A DNA stretch of 64,000 bases from Phoronis australis (taxonomy: Eukaryota; Animalia; Phoronida), in NCBI GenBank assembly GCA_002633005.1, contig NMRA01000485.1, positions 186,442 through 250,441 of the forward strand, written 5' to 3'. The notes beneath the pieces are model-generated. The model saw only the letters and a list, made by a program, of their open reading frames with translations, had not been told where the DNA came from and searched no databases. Every line of letters starts with the position of its first letter. The stretch's first letter is position 1. Of the stretch, positions 38,958 to 50,109 are shown in pieces. The translations under genes were made by a program, and so were the position numbers.

Positions 38958-39298
38958 TCGAAGAAGAGCAGACGAACATCATGCTCCGCGGTCCAGTTCG
39001 AAGTCAACTTCTCAGAAGAGCGAAATCAAAATCGTTGCGCATGACACTCGTAATCGTCCTCTTCTTTACGCTCTGGTGGCTGCCATATTGGATTTGTTTT
39101 GTCGGTTTTGTCTACTTTGGATGGGACGACCCTGAAAAGTTCGACGCTAGCTTACACTCGTGGATATTTTTCTTCGGCATATCTAACCCGGTTGTCAACC
39201 CCATCATCTACGGAGCCTTCCACTTCTGCAAGCGAAAAAGGTTGGTACGAACGCCCAAAGTTCGTTTGCTCGTCAGACTTGAAATAACCGTAAGCTGA
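38958..39298 (+). CDS. CRZR: Corazonin-type receptor, coding exon 3: ICL3, TM6, TM7, short C-tail (may instead splice at 39240)
   Basis: ttttcag|TC completes the phase-1 codon. RRAKSKSLRMT, WWLPYW, FFFGISNPVVNPIIYGAFH. Joined CDS is 648+205+341 = 1194 nt = 397 aa plus stop. Confidence 0.9.
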
Positions 39299-39455
39299 CA
39301 TGGCGACCCCAGCGGCGGACGGGACAATCAGGAGTGAGGGACAGGTACTTTTAAGTAAAATCGCAATAACGAGCCTCAGTGAGGATATTGTGCGCCTAAA
39401 TTCGGTTCACCTAGCTACTATGTCAGACCGTTCTGATATGCTTTTACTCCTCTAG

Positions 39456-39471
39456 GCGCAGAGACGCGTGA
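39456..39471 (+). CDS. CRZR: Possible alternative terminal coding exon of the receptor, giving the tail ...KRKRRRDA*
   Basis: Candidate donor AAG|gttggt at 39240 (phase 2) and a strong acceptor cttttactcctctag|G at 39455. Reads R-R-R-D-A-TGA. Confidence 0.45.
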
Positions 39472-40225
39472 AGATTGGTTGACAATTAATGTTTATGGTT
39501 TACGCACCTTCTGTCAAAAATCCTGATTTATACGACTTAGTTGTTACAGTGGCTGATCAGATTGGTATGGAGATCGTACGCTAGATGGAGTACAAGTTAG
39601 TAGATTGGCCACAACGGTTTCGTCGCGTAACGTAGCCAGTTTGTTCACGCCAGATTATTAAAATGACGGAATCGAGCTTACTGGCGAAGCGCATTTGGGT
39701 TTATTTTTGGGTAGAATTAACTTTTTAACCATTTTGAGTTTTTGTTATAAGTCGCAGATTTCTAACAGAGGCTCCCAGTCCAAACTGAAATCGAGGCGGC
39801 GACCTCCTAGCTGCTTTGTTGGTGGTCTGTAGGGGTGATCGAAGCCGGCCTGATTTTACGTGGGAAAAAGTGGCATAGAGACGAAGCACACTGGAGGAGT
39901 AACCTATATAGAATAAGCATTTGGAAATAAAATAGAGGGGCCCAGAACGGCAGAACTTGTTCAGGTAGACAACGGGGTTGTTTTGCATTCCTCTCTAGTC
40001 TTCCACTAACAGGCTGGCACTTTCGTGCTTACTTTCGACTGATTTTACGCGAAAACCAAAACTTGCTTTTGCCAAGCTTACAGCTTACAACTCTCAAACA
40101 ATTGCAAATAATCTCAGTCAACCGGCGGCGTAATTATAAAATATCGATATCGTCAATGGCTAAATCCGCTTTGAAAACCTTACTAACATATGTAATTTTC
40201 TCGGCTTTAGCTATTGTCAGAGTAT

Positions 40226-40227
<2 letters not shown>

Positions 40228-40295
<68 letters not shown>

Positions 40296-40333
40296 TGTGT
40301 GTCTGTGCGCGTGGGTGTGTGCGCGTGGGTGTG
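40228..40333 (+). repeat. (GT)n microsatellite grading into GCGT repeats
   Basis: Seen directly. Another (GT)n run abuts the gap at 19756. Confidence 0.95.
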
Positions 40334-41483
40334 TGCGTGCGCTCGTGCGTGTGAATGATGCCGGAAATTTAAAATTACATAAGGGGCAGAGTGAGCTTAC
40401 GAGTAGGCCGGTGCCTTCATGTTCGAGGATGCGTTGATTTGGACTGTATGTTCAATGTAAAAAATCATCACACGATCAAGTTATAGATAACATTAGTGTA
40501 GGAGTTTTCGCTACGGTTCGGGGTAGTAGCCTAAGCGAACGCATTTTACTAAAAAATATTCCTTTATCTTTCATGATAATCTCTTTAATAATTAAATGTA
40601 TTAACTTACAATGTAAACTATGGGATGATTAAAACGGCTCTTCCATCTCTATATACAACGTTGTTGCATGCTAAGTTGATTTTTCTGGGATGGGTCGGTT
40701 GGCGGCTGTTGTTCGTTGTTGTCGTTGCTTATTTGGTCATGTCGACATGATCAGATGGATATCCAGCTTCCTAGCAAGTTGTTTCCTTAAATTCATAACT
40801 AGTTACACTGGCGGGCCCAGTGATGGTTTGTCAGCACGTATCGAAAGGCGACCTCCAAGCTGATCCTGATCTTCCGTCCAAAGCCAACGCGTTGTTTTAT
40901 CTGCTTCCTCACCAAATCTACAACTACATTGTATCTGTCTTCCTTTTCTTTCTCCGAATGCCGAGAGTCTGGAACTTCCTTCGTACGGACTGTGCAGGAA
41001 AACCCCTACATCCAAGTTCTACTGGGGAGAGCCATGTTCGCCAGCCTTCGACTCTAAGAGATTCCATTAATTCCAAATACTAAGCTCTCTTTTTTTTCTG
41101 AACACCGCGCGCGGCAGGTGGTATGGCGTTGTATCCCCAGACGTGCGTAGTGTAAAAATGCCTAGTTACCGATTTTGAGAACTGAATGAGGGACTGCTCA
41201 AACAAAAGCTTTAACAACGGGTGTATTTTTTTCGAGTTGGAAGGAATTAAAGACATCGACGGCCTCCTAAGTTGTCCCTCTATGCTCATAAAGTATTTAT
41301 AACAACGTGACTTTGATGTTTTAGTCGGTGTGAGGCATAATTTGCAGAAAAGCATCCGACGTATGAAGCGCCTATAGGAAGTACACCGTCTTTTGAGCCA
41401 GCTAGAGACGGTGGTGACTATTTAACTTTATCTTCGGCAATTGTGAGATGATACCCTTTATTTACAGTAATCTTTAAGTAGGA

Positions 41484-42040
41484 TTAAGGTCATGTGGGCC
41501 CTTATCGACATGTCTGTACATTTAGCAAAATATATAGACAACTGTAGTTTTCAATTCCATTTTCTCAAAGTACAAAGCGTGTAGAATATTTATACTGAAT
41601 TTTTACCAATCTGATATTAATATGGTCACCTGACCTTGTGTTTTTATTAAAATTTAACAAAACAAAGCAGGTTCGTGGATAGCAAAACAGCAGCATTGAC
41701 AGAATGATCAAATTTTATTTGAAGAAAATGTTTCAAATGAAGTTTCAAAAACGATGTTACAGTTGTCTGAAATATCGTTCTGCTTTTGTCTTGTAGAACA
41801 TAAAAATGTAAGATTTTTCATGAAAATCATGAAAGTTCTATTTTTGACATCCCCTCATGCAAAGGTGGAACATTTTTGAAAACAGTTCCTGAAAGCGTTG
41901 TTCAACAGTGCATGGTTTCCTATGAATCCGTGCAGCCTTCTTCAATATGTGATGTTCCGAAGGTGGCCAAATTTGGCCATTTTTATAGGTTTCTACACAA
42001 ACTTAAATCTCATGGCTGATTTAACGGTACTTCAGGATGC
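41484..42040 (+). repeat. Dispersed non-autonomous repeat (related copies at ~37240-37500 on + and ~55165-55500 on -)
   Basis: Shared ttttcatgaa.atcat.aaag and ccaaatttggccatttttatagg blocks; the reverse complement occurs at 55170-55200. Confidence 0.6.
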
Positions 42041-42053
42041 AGACCATAGATTC

Positions 42054-42211
42054 CAGGGGCGGATCCAGGATTTTGAGTTAGGGGGGACCAGGGCAGAGTA
42101 TTTGCCAGGATTTTGCCCGACAGACATTCGCACCCACGTACTGCCAAATGGAATCTGGGAGAAGTTTAGGGGTGTCATGGCCCCCTTGGCCCCCCTCTAA
42201 ATCCCCCACTG
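42054..42211. mobile_element. GC-rich MITE (CAGGGGCGGATC termini), 5-bp TSD GATTC
   Basis: caggggcggatcca ... taaatcccccactg, with gattc on both flanks. A related terminus cagtggcggatcta lies at ~42970. Confidence 0.75.
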
Positions 42212-43214
42212 GATTCAGAATGACGTCTCGTACATTTTTTTTAAGATCTGCCAGGTGGATAGCCATAATTTTGAAACATCTGTCGGCTTAATCCATTGTT
42301 GTTAAGATTAAAGTTTGCACATTTCCAGACGTGAAACACCAACCACCGATAATTTGAGGTTACGAAAATAGCCGTGGTGTTTCGAATGTTGCCGAATGTC
42401 ACTTAGCTCCAGATCGTTATAGTGCAGACTTATGAATTTTCCGCCTACGTATTTCGTTCGGATTAGTGGTTATTGATGTCTTCTTTGTGACATGTATTAA
42501 TGCCTTAACTGGTGTTGGAATTACCCACAACTAGGACTTTTTAAGTATCATAGATTAAGCTCAAAGGTGCTGTGACGGAAATACCCAAATCGAATGTTAC
42601 TTTCAGCGGACGAATCTCACCTGCAAATTATATGACGCTCATGTAACGTTCATGAATGCCGTAGAATACATTGCTTCGAATTTCACAGCGGGGATTAGTA
42701 AAACTTCTGGTCCTAGTGTGTCGCAACTTACACTGGCCTGTTTTGGTGTGGTCTCGCGTGTTCTTTCAGCAACGGAACACACTTCCTGTCAGCACCATGA
42801 CTTCAGCAGAAGTGGGACTAAAATCCACCTTGTTCTGTGTTTCCCAGAAGGTTTATTGAGCTTTTGTGGTCGTCAGTCTCTTTGCAGTAGTGGCTGGGTT
42901 GCCGCCCTGTCAAACTCGACCGCTTTCACAATTGCTGCCGATTCAGATGTTGTGTTCCAACAGTTACACCAGTGGCGGATCTAGGATATCACAAGGGAGG
43001 GCAACATTTTTCCGGCTGTAAGCATTTGCGCAAACCACGATTGTAGATGCGCACAGCACCGAATGGCGGGAGGTCGGGAGGGGGATTTGCCCCCCTCCCG
43101 CCCAGGAAATTTTTCTGTTTTTTCCTCTAAAAATCAAGCATTTTCCTTGATTTCTGATGTATTATCCAAGAAAAAAAGGGAAAAAAACACGGAGAATGTG
43201 TCACACAGGAAAAA

Positions 43215-43289
43215 TTGCGAGTTTCACAGACTCGAACTCATGACCTGGCTGACAGAACGCGCGTACTTTGCCACTACACCATCACGACT
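43215..43289 (-). mobile_element. tRNA-derived SINE head or tRNA pseudogene
   Basis: Minus-strand A box TGGTGTAGTGG (43281-43271) and B box GAGTTCGAGTC (43239-43229). The cloverleaf is degenerate. Confidence 0.55.
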
Positions 43290-43913
43290 TCGCTAGAAAA
43301 CAGAAACTAAGAGACCTACTTGTTTATGGTCCACAGCGTTTGCGCGCGAAACCTTCTTCTTTTTGTAATGCTTATTACACATTTTATATTTTGTGTAATC
43401 GGTTTTTAACAAATTTGTTGTATTTAAAATAGTGTTCACATGCCCAAAAGACCAAATCCGTTTTTCGTGTTGGCAATAATGACGGGATTGCTTTGGAAAT
43501 CGCCTTAAGTTAAGGTTTGACAAAAAGAGAAGTAATGAGTTTCTGAGTGATTCACTTAGGCTTCGATTAAATTTCACATCTTACCCGCAGCTTCTGTTTT
43601 TTCATCGTCACTCAGGCTCCATTTTCTCTAAAAAATGAAGTAAATTTTCTCCATTGCACAGTGGAGCAGACGACGGAAACGGAGTCGTAGTGCGCAGCGC
43701 CACTGCCGGTCGCCTGGGATATCGCGGGAGATCCTACACTTAGCCATAGTTCCGTTACGAATGCGCCGTGTTCCGAATTTGACACTTGAAATTGGATCTG
43801 AGCCCCCCCNNNNNNNNNNNNNNNNNNNNNNNNNNNNNNNNNNNNNNNNNNNNNNNNNNNNNNNNNNNNNNNNNNNNNNNNNNNNNNNNNNNNNNNNNNN
43901 NNNNNNNNNNNNA

Positions 43914-44140
43914 GGAGCCCCCAATTTGTCGAATTGGGCAGAAAGGTTCGCCTCAGTGAAACAAAAAGTCCGAGTTAACGAGACAAAAGTCCACCCCCAC
44001 GGGAAGTCAGGGCCGATGCACAATTCGTGGGCCTTAACCTAGTGGACCCGTTTTTTTTAGTCTTCGTCGATTTCTTTCACTACAAGGTACGCACACCGAA
44101 AAATGCGACACCCCTATACTTTAGGCTGGGTGCGCGCATG
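43914..44140 (+). mobile_element. Second copy of the 23043-23295 MITE (left end lost in the N gap)
   Basis: Shared ccaatttg.cgaattgggca...aaacaaaaagtccgagt...ttaacctagtgg; ends ctgggtgcgcgcatg. Confidence 0.75.
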
Positions 44141-47100
44141 TTACAGATGTTACAGTTCTAATTGGGTCTCCTGCTTGACCCATAAGGTTATCGTTCAAAC
44201 ACCTGGGGATCGGCCGTTTCCGAAACAGCGTCCAATTTCTCCAAATGATTAGTGGCAAGCGTCTTTCCGAAACTCATTTGCGTGCATTGCTGGCCGTCGT
44301 GCCAACATCGGCAGCCGGACTCCCTCTGTCGCCAATGATTTAGCTGCTAAAAGAGGAGTCCAGAGACAAACTAGTCGATGAAATTGTCAAGCTCAATGAT
44401 CTTTAAGAGAGCTTTTAATGACCGAAATCGACAAATTGATGACATCTTTCAGACAACTTGCACATTTGTGGCAGATGCTGATCCACTGGGGTCAAGGTGG
44501 TCATAACTCGGCCTCTGGAGGCCCGTTAAAAAAACAAAAAAAAAACAACACCTCTGATATTATTTAGAAAATACTGAAATCGTAGACACGTCAATGTCTG
44601 TGTGAAGCCTTCTCCGACACACAAAACTAGCCTGCGTGAAACCGCATGGGCGCTGGGTTTTTTACGAGCCTTGTGGATTCTCCGGTTAGGTCTTCAAGTT
44701 CACGTGGCAGATGGTTTTATAAGCGTGTCATTTGGGGTAGTTTCTGTTGTTTTTCTTGGAACTGATCAACGCACCTTTCAGTGCAAGCCTTTCATAATTG
44801 AGCTATTGCCGGTAATTCATGATTAAAACTAGTCATATTGATTGATAACGCGTGAGTTGTTTTTAATCTGACATGATTTGAAGTACACATCAATGCACTT
44901 TCTTTCGAAATACTTGTACATAGTTTAGTTTACAAGTTGCATTCTGCTGTGATGTTAAATTAAATGTGAGATGAAGGACAACCCAAGGGATGAAGTACAT
45001 TTACTTTGTAATGAATAAATCGGTCATTCAAGAAACGTTGCCATTTGGTAAAATTAGTACATAAAATCATAGACAAATGAGAGCATTTAAAAGGGAATAA
45101 AAAATCTCAAAATCATGATTGACTGGCGCTGCAGTTGTCAAACAGTCCTCGCTTTTGCTTTCAAGACCTATGGTTATAAATATTGACTCTGTTTATATTG
45201 ACTGTTTAAAAACCTGCTTCAAACGCATTATCTTGAAAATCAAAGCTGCTTTGAAACCACATTCATCGAAGTTACAGCGTTTGATTTACATTGTAGACTA
45301 ACATTCTCGTCGGAAATGACCCGTCGTGATGAGATAGCACTTGGCCTCCTACAACAACGAAATGTCAGTCCATGAAATCAAGCCCGGAAATCTTCTAGAA
45401 TTTTACTAAACAACACCGAGATAATCTCAGATGAAGTTCACAACGTTAAGTAGTTTACATCGCAGGTGAACTTAAAGCCCCCTGTCTCTTACCAAAGCCG
45501 ACATTTTCCTGCGAAAATTTTAATTGTCCTCCCCCTCTTACGGCATCCTAGATCTGCCATTGAACATCAAAACTTAGTTTTGATCGACAATGGATTCATA
45601 ATAGTTTTAAATGGTAATTCATCCCTTTGAAAAAAGATTAACAATGGAGCACGAACTAGGTTATTTGAACAGTTTTCCAATTCGGGGGATCTCGTCTGCG
45701 GCGCTTTTATCGTTTTTTAAATCTATTGTGGGGCGGTTGTGGGCTCGTAAACATACGATGACTTCTTACGTATCTGATTTGTGATTTCGTTACTCACGCA
45801 ACTCCAGCGTGACCGATTAACAAGAAACTTAAACACGACATGAGTCTACTCTTTTTTATAGACACTAACAGCCGGATAGCGCTGGGGCGGCTTAAAAGAT
45901 ATTAAATTTTCGCTTATGAGAGCTTCAGCTCAGCGGTCCCATGGCGGATCCCGTTGAAACTTGTAACTTCAACAGACGTCTTGCAATTAGAAATATGCCC
46001 GATTAATATTTTACCGGATTATAAAAACATGTTTCAACCAGTTATGGGAATGTGTGACTTTTAGGTCTGATAGGTTTGGAATTAAAATGCAAGCGGAAGT
46101 TGAGGAAATTTGTTCGAACTTCTGGTATCCCTGTGTACATTACGGCGTTTTCCCGTTGCTCCCAACAACAAGTTGGGAAGTTTACCCCTGTAGCCAATAT
46201 CTTACACGACTGATTAACTCCATTCTGGAATTTATGGTTGGTGAGCCGGCAGCTCTCTTTTGTTCGATAATTGCTCTAATCTCCAATAAGATCGTATCTA
46301 TACCCTGAATGGGCTGTGTTGTTAAAAATAAAAGTTAAGTTATAACATATTTGAACTTAAACCAATAGCATTTCTGAAATCTTCGTCAAATGGTGATCAT
46401 GTTTAGTTTTTGAATTGCCAAAATCGCCCAACTGCAACCGAAGTTACGACAATCTATTCTTTCCGAATACACCAATTCACTCTGAGTTTGACTGCGTTCA
46501 CAGTGGTCTGCAATAAGCCTGGTAGATAAGTGGCCTGCTTGCTGTCATAACAGACAAAAGAGTGTGCTTGGCAGTTAACAAAGAAGCTAGATGTTATCAC
46601 ACGCTCAGAACCCCCTACGTCTGGTAAAGTCACTGAACGGGAAAACGCTGTCATGTAACTTCGGATTTCCATCCTGGAGTTTGGATAAGTGAAAGGTTTT
46701 CTTTCTTCTGATGCTGTATACTGAAAATATAGCATGTCTTCTATAATTCTAGAAAGACGTCGGTCATCAAAAAACCGAAGACAGACAGCACAGCAGAAAC
46801 CCCTGCATCCATTCGTAAAGGCACAGATCGCCCACAGAGTGCGCACCAGTTGCCAGGAACCAACGGCTTGCTAAGATTGAATAGCACGAACCATGCGGCG
46901 CAGACGCGGGACGGCGGAAATTGCGACATTTATCAATTTTCCACTGCAGCGAAAGACCCGAATTATATCGTCGTTGTGGACAACAGATGTCAACGCTCAT
47001 ATCTTGTCTGCAACCATTACTGAGAGTCGATTTGTGATATTTTATTGTCTTCATGAGAGGCTTGCCGCAGAACCTTGTAATGTAATGGATATCAAAAAGA

Positions 47101-50090
47101 GTTTTCGCAGTTCGTCTTTCAAAAGATCCACGATATTGGTCGAAAGGAGTTTATCTTATTTGACTCTGCTGTTAACAGTTTTGTGTGTACTCGAATACAG
47201 TTATACGCGTAAGGAATGTATATATAAGGACCAGTATGAAAGTTCCATACAGTGCTGTAGTGGGGCGTAGGCGCACGTAGACGCAGCTAACCACCTTTTG
47301 GCATTTGAACGTAGCGCCTACGCACCGTAAATTACGTTCAGTATTCATGGTAATACGATGGGCTTTGGGCGCCTACTTACCTCTTATTTTACCACTACAG
47401 CACTGGTTTCATATAACATGGACTGTTATCGTTTTGATTTCAAGTTTAATCTTCAGCGTCTGCTTACTCAATTTATTATCGGCGCTGATGTCGTTTTTCA
47501 AATGTGTGTTGGGTGGTTGTCGTCTCTTAAAGATCCGGTGACATCACATATAACTTGGTGACCCCTGCAAACAATAAGACGGAAAACAATATTCACTTGA
47601 GCGTACCAGATTGAAAGGCACTTGTCCACATCAATTTATTACCATGGCAATTGCGTGAATTGGTCAACCCAGAGACAAAAAATTAGAACCATGACAATAT
47701 TGACATTTATGGTGTTTTCTGAAAAACTAGTCTCTTTAGTCTCAAGACCTATATTTAAATCTCTGTTTTTCTTAAAAGGAGTCCAAATTTTACGTGTGTT
47801 GCCAATTCTTGTAATTAATAACTACTGGAATTCAATTGTATTATCAAATTTGTTCAACCACACGAAGCCTATACTATTTTAAAATATCATTTGACCCCTG
47901 GCATCTTGGGGTCAAAGACCAACTCCTGGATATCATGGTGTCGTAGGTACCTCACAAAAGTACTAACAAGTTTTGTTACGTCAAAAGTTTTTAATTAAAA
48001 TTAAGATAATGACTGTTCTCTTGGAACTTGTTACTCAATACTATTGACCAAAATTTTAGATCCCATGGGTTATTCGTAAACACGAAAATCGTGTGGTACC
48101 CTCGTTAAATTTTCACTTCCATTGCGTACCTCCGTCACACTCATGAAAATGTAATTATGATTAGTTGTTACTGTTACTTTGCAAATTTGCATAATATAAC
48201 AATTGTCTAACACCTAAGAATCAAAGACGATATTAAAAAAGAAAACATCACTCAGACAGCGGTAACATCAAATGAAGAAGTTGCTACTGATTTGAACTAA
48301 ATGAACTAGACATTATCGGTAGAGAAGTATTTGCTAAAAAGTTATATTTCACGTTGATGTAATCTCACTTATTCTTGATGTAAATCTATTTGTTTAAATT
48401 AGGCACTTGGACCACAGTCTAATAATGTAAATACAACACGTTAATGTGAAGAATTTATGGATTGTTCTTGTATATGCCTTACCAAGATATTCCGGCTTAG
48501 TTTTTGAAGTATTACAGAATCGAAAATTATTCTCATTGTGCGCTGGAGTTTGAAATATCAAGAGCCCCCAAAGGATTGCTTGTGATGTTTTTGGTCTAGA
48601 ATCAACGTCTTAGTTCTATACTTACATGACCTGCGATGGTGTGTTTTGTGTTGAAAGAAACGACGCTGGGAATTTTTAAGCGGTTGCTATTTGTGGCGGC
48701 GACTTCATTCTGCATCGCGTCTTTACGGACTATAGTCACAGTTGTGTTTTTCTGTGTCTTAGGAAACTGGTATGAATTGGTTTCACATATTCCTGGCAAA
48801 ACTAGAGCATTGCTTTGGTAATTTAAGAAACAATAGATATTTTTGAATGCTTATTATGAAATAGTCAATACGATAAGATCCAGAAACCACCAAGAGGCAT
48901 GCTATCTGGGCTAAATGGTACAATACAAAGAAATCTATATACAATTATACACACATACATAAATTTGCTGTACTTTGGTATAGTTTTCCGTTACACAAAT
49001 TTGGTTGACTACACGACACTTGTCGTTGTTTATTATCTTTATTCCACTCCGTTCGTAACCTCTGAACAATGTCCGACAAACAACAGAACATTGGTAAAGT
49101 AACTGACCAAGAGACTGTGGTGGTGCTATTGCGTCATTTTGTTTCCACTTGGGAATGAAACAAATATGTTTGGAAATATCCTGTGTTTTTTAATCATGTC
49201 TCTTGGTCAGTTATTTTACCATTGTTCTGTTGAATGTCGAACTTTGTACCTAGGATACGAACGAAATGGACTAAAGATAGTCAACAAGGACAAGTGTAGT
49301 GTATTTAACCAATTTTGCCTACATACAAAAATTGATAAGCTAATGTTAATATTACAATAATATATATTTAATATAAATTTGATTACTAATATAAATAAGT
49401 CATTTTCATACTCAACAAATGATTTTACAGTCAAGGTGACGATTCGAAAATAAACACTTATGCACCCTGCTATCAACTCACACTTTAATATTGAAAGAAA
49501 TTTTGAAACTATTTCGATTAAAACATTACCACTATATAGAAAAAAAGTTAAACATTTGTGGAAGATCTCAATATTTTTGTAAATATAATTATATATTAGT
49601 ATTCATTTTTTCTCCTGAGCTTCGCGAAGACTGAACCAACATCGAGAAGGAAATTTTTGGAGACCATGGAAAAATAGGCTACATAAAGGTGCCGACTAGG
49701 ACAAGAACAAATATCTGGCGAGTTGTTCTCTGAAACACGACAACATGCAATTAAGGATCAAGAAATTGATACCTGTACCTGCGTTTACCGTGACGCGACA
49801 TTCTTTTACGCCTCCTTTTAACATTTAAAATGAAACATTTGTTACAAGAGCGACATAAAGAGCTCACGACTGCACCGCGAACGGTATGTTGGGAGTTTAT
49901 TAACACCAAGAAAATGGCCACCAGGAGGCCTCAACATCGCATAAACCAAATTTAAAACAAAAAGCATCGATCGGTGATTACTGAGATTGATCTTAGCTTT
50001 ACAAATCATGAAAGTAGAGGCAATTACCCTTCTTCAAATCGTTCCTGGCTCAAGAAATAGCGTCCTCATCGCCAAAAATCGCACAACCGG

Positions 50091-50109
50091 CCAATGTCTC
50101 TATAGCAAC
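50091..50109 (+). promoter_or_regulatory. Candidate promoter motifs: CCAAT box adjacent to an RFX X-box-like site
   Basis: ccaat at 50091-50095 and gtctctatagcaac at 50096-50109, about 220 bp upstream of a candidate non-coding first-exon donor CAA|gtaaga at 50330. Confidence 0.35.

Noticed and set aside
40063-40437. CV-repeat ORF
   Set aside because: Translation of the (GT)n microsatellite.
40700-41350. Possible decayed transposon coding fragment
   Set aside because: The composition is suggestive, but I could not identify any diagnostic motif.
46454-47270. Overlapping 95-130 aa ORFs as a protein gene such as CEP76 (the human head-to-head neighbour of PSMG2)
   Set aside because: No recognisable motifs, and no phase-consistent exon chain could be built.
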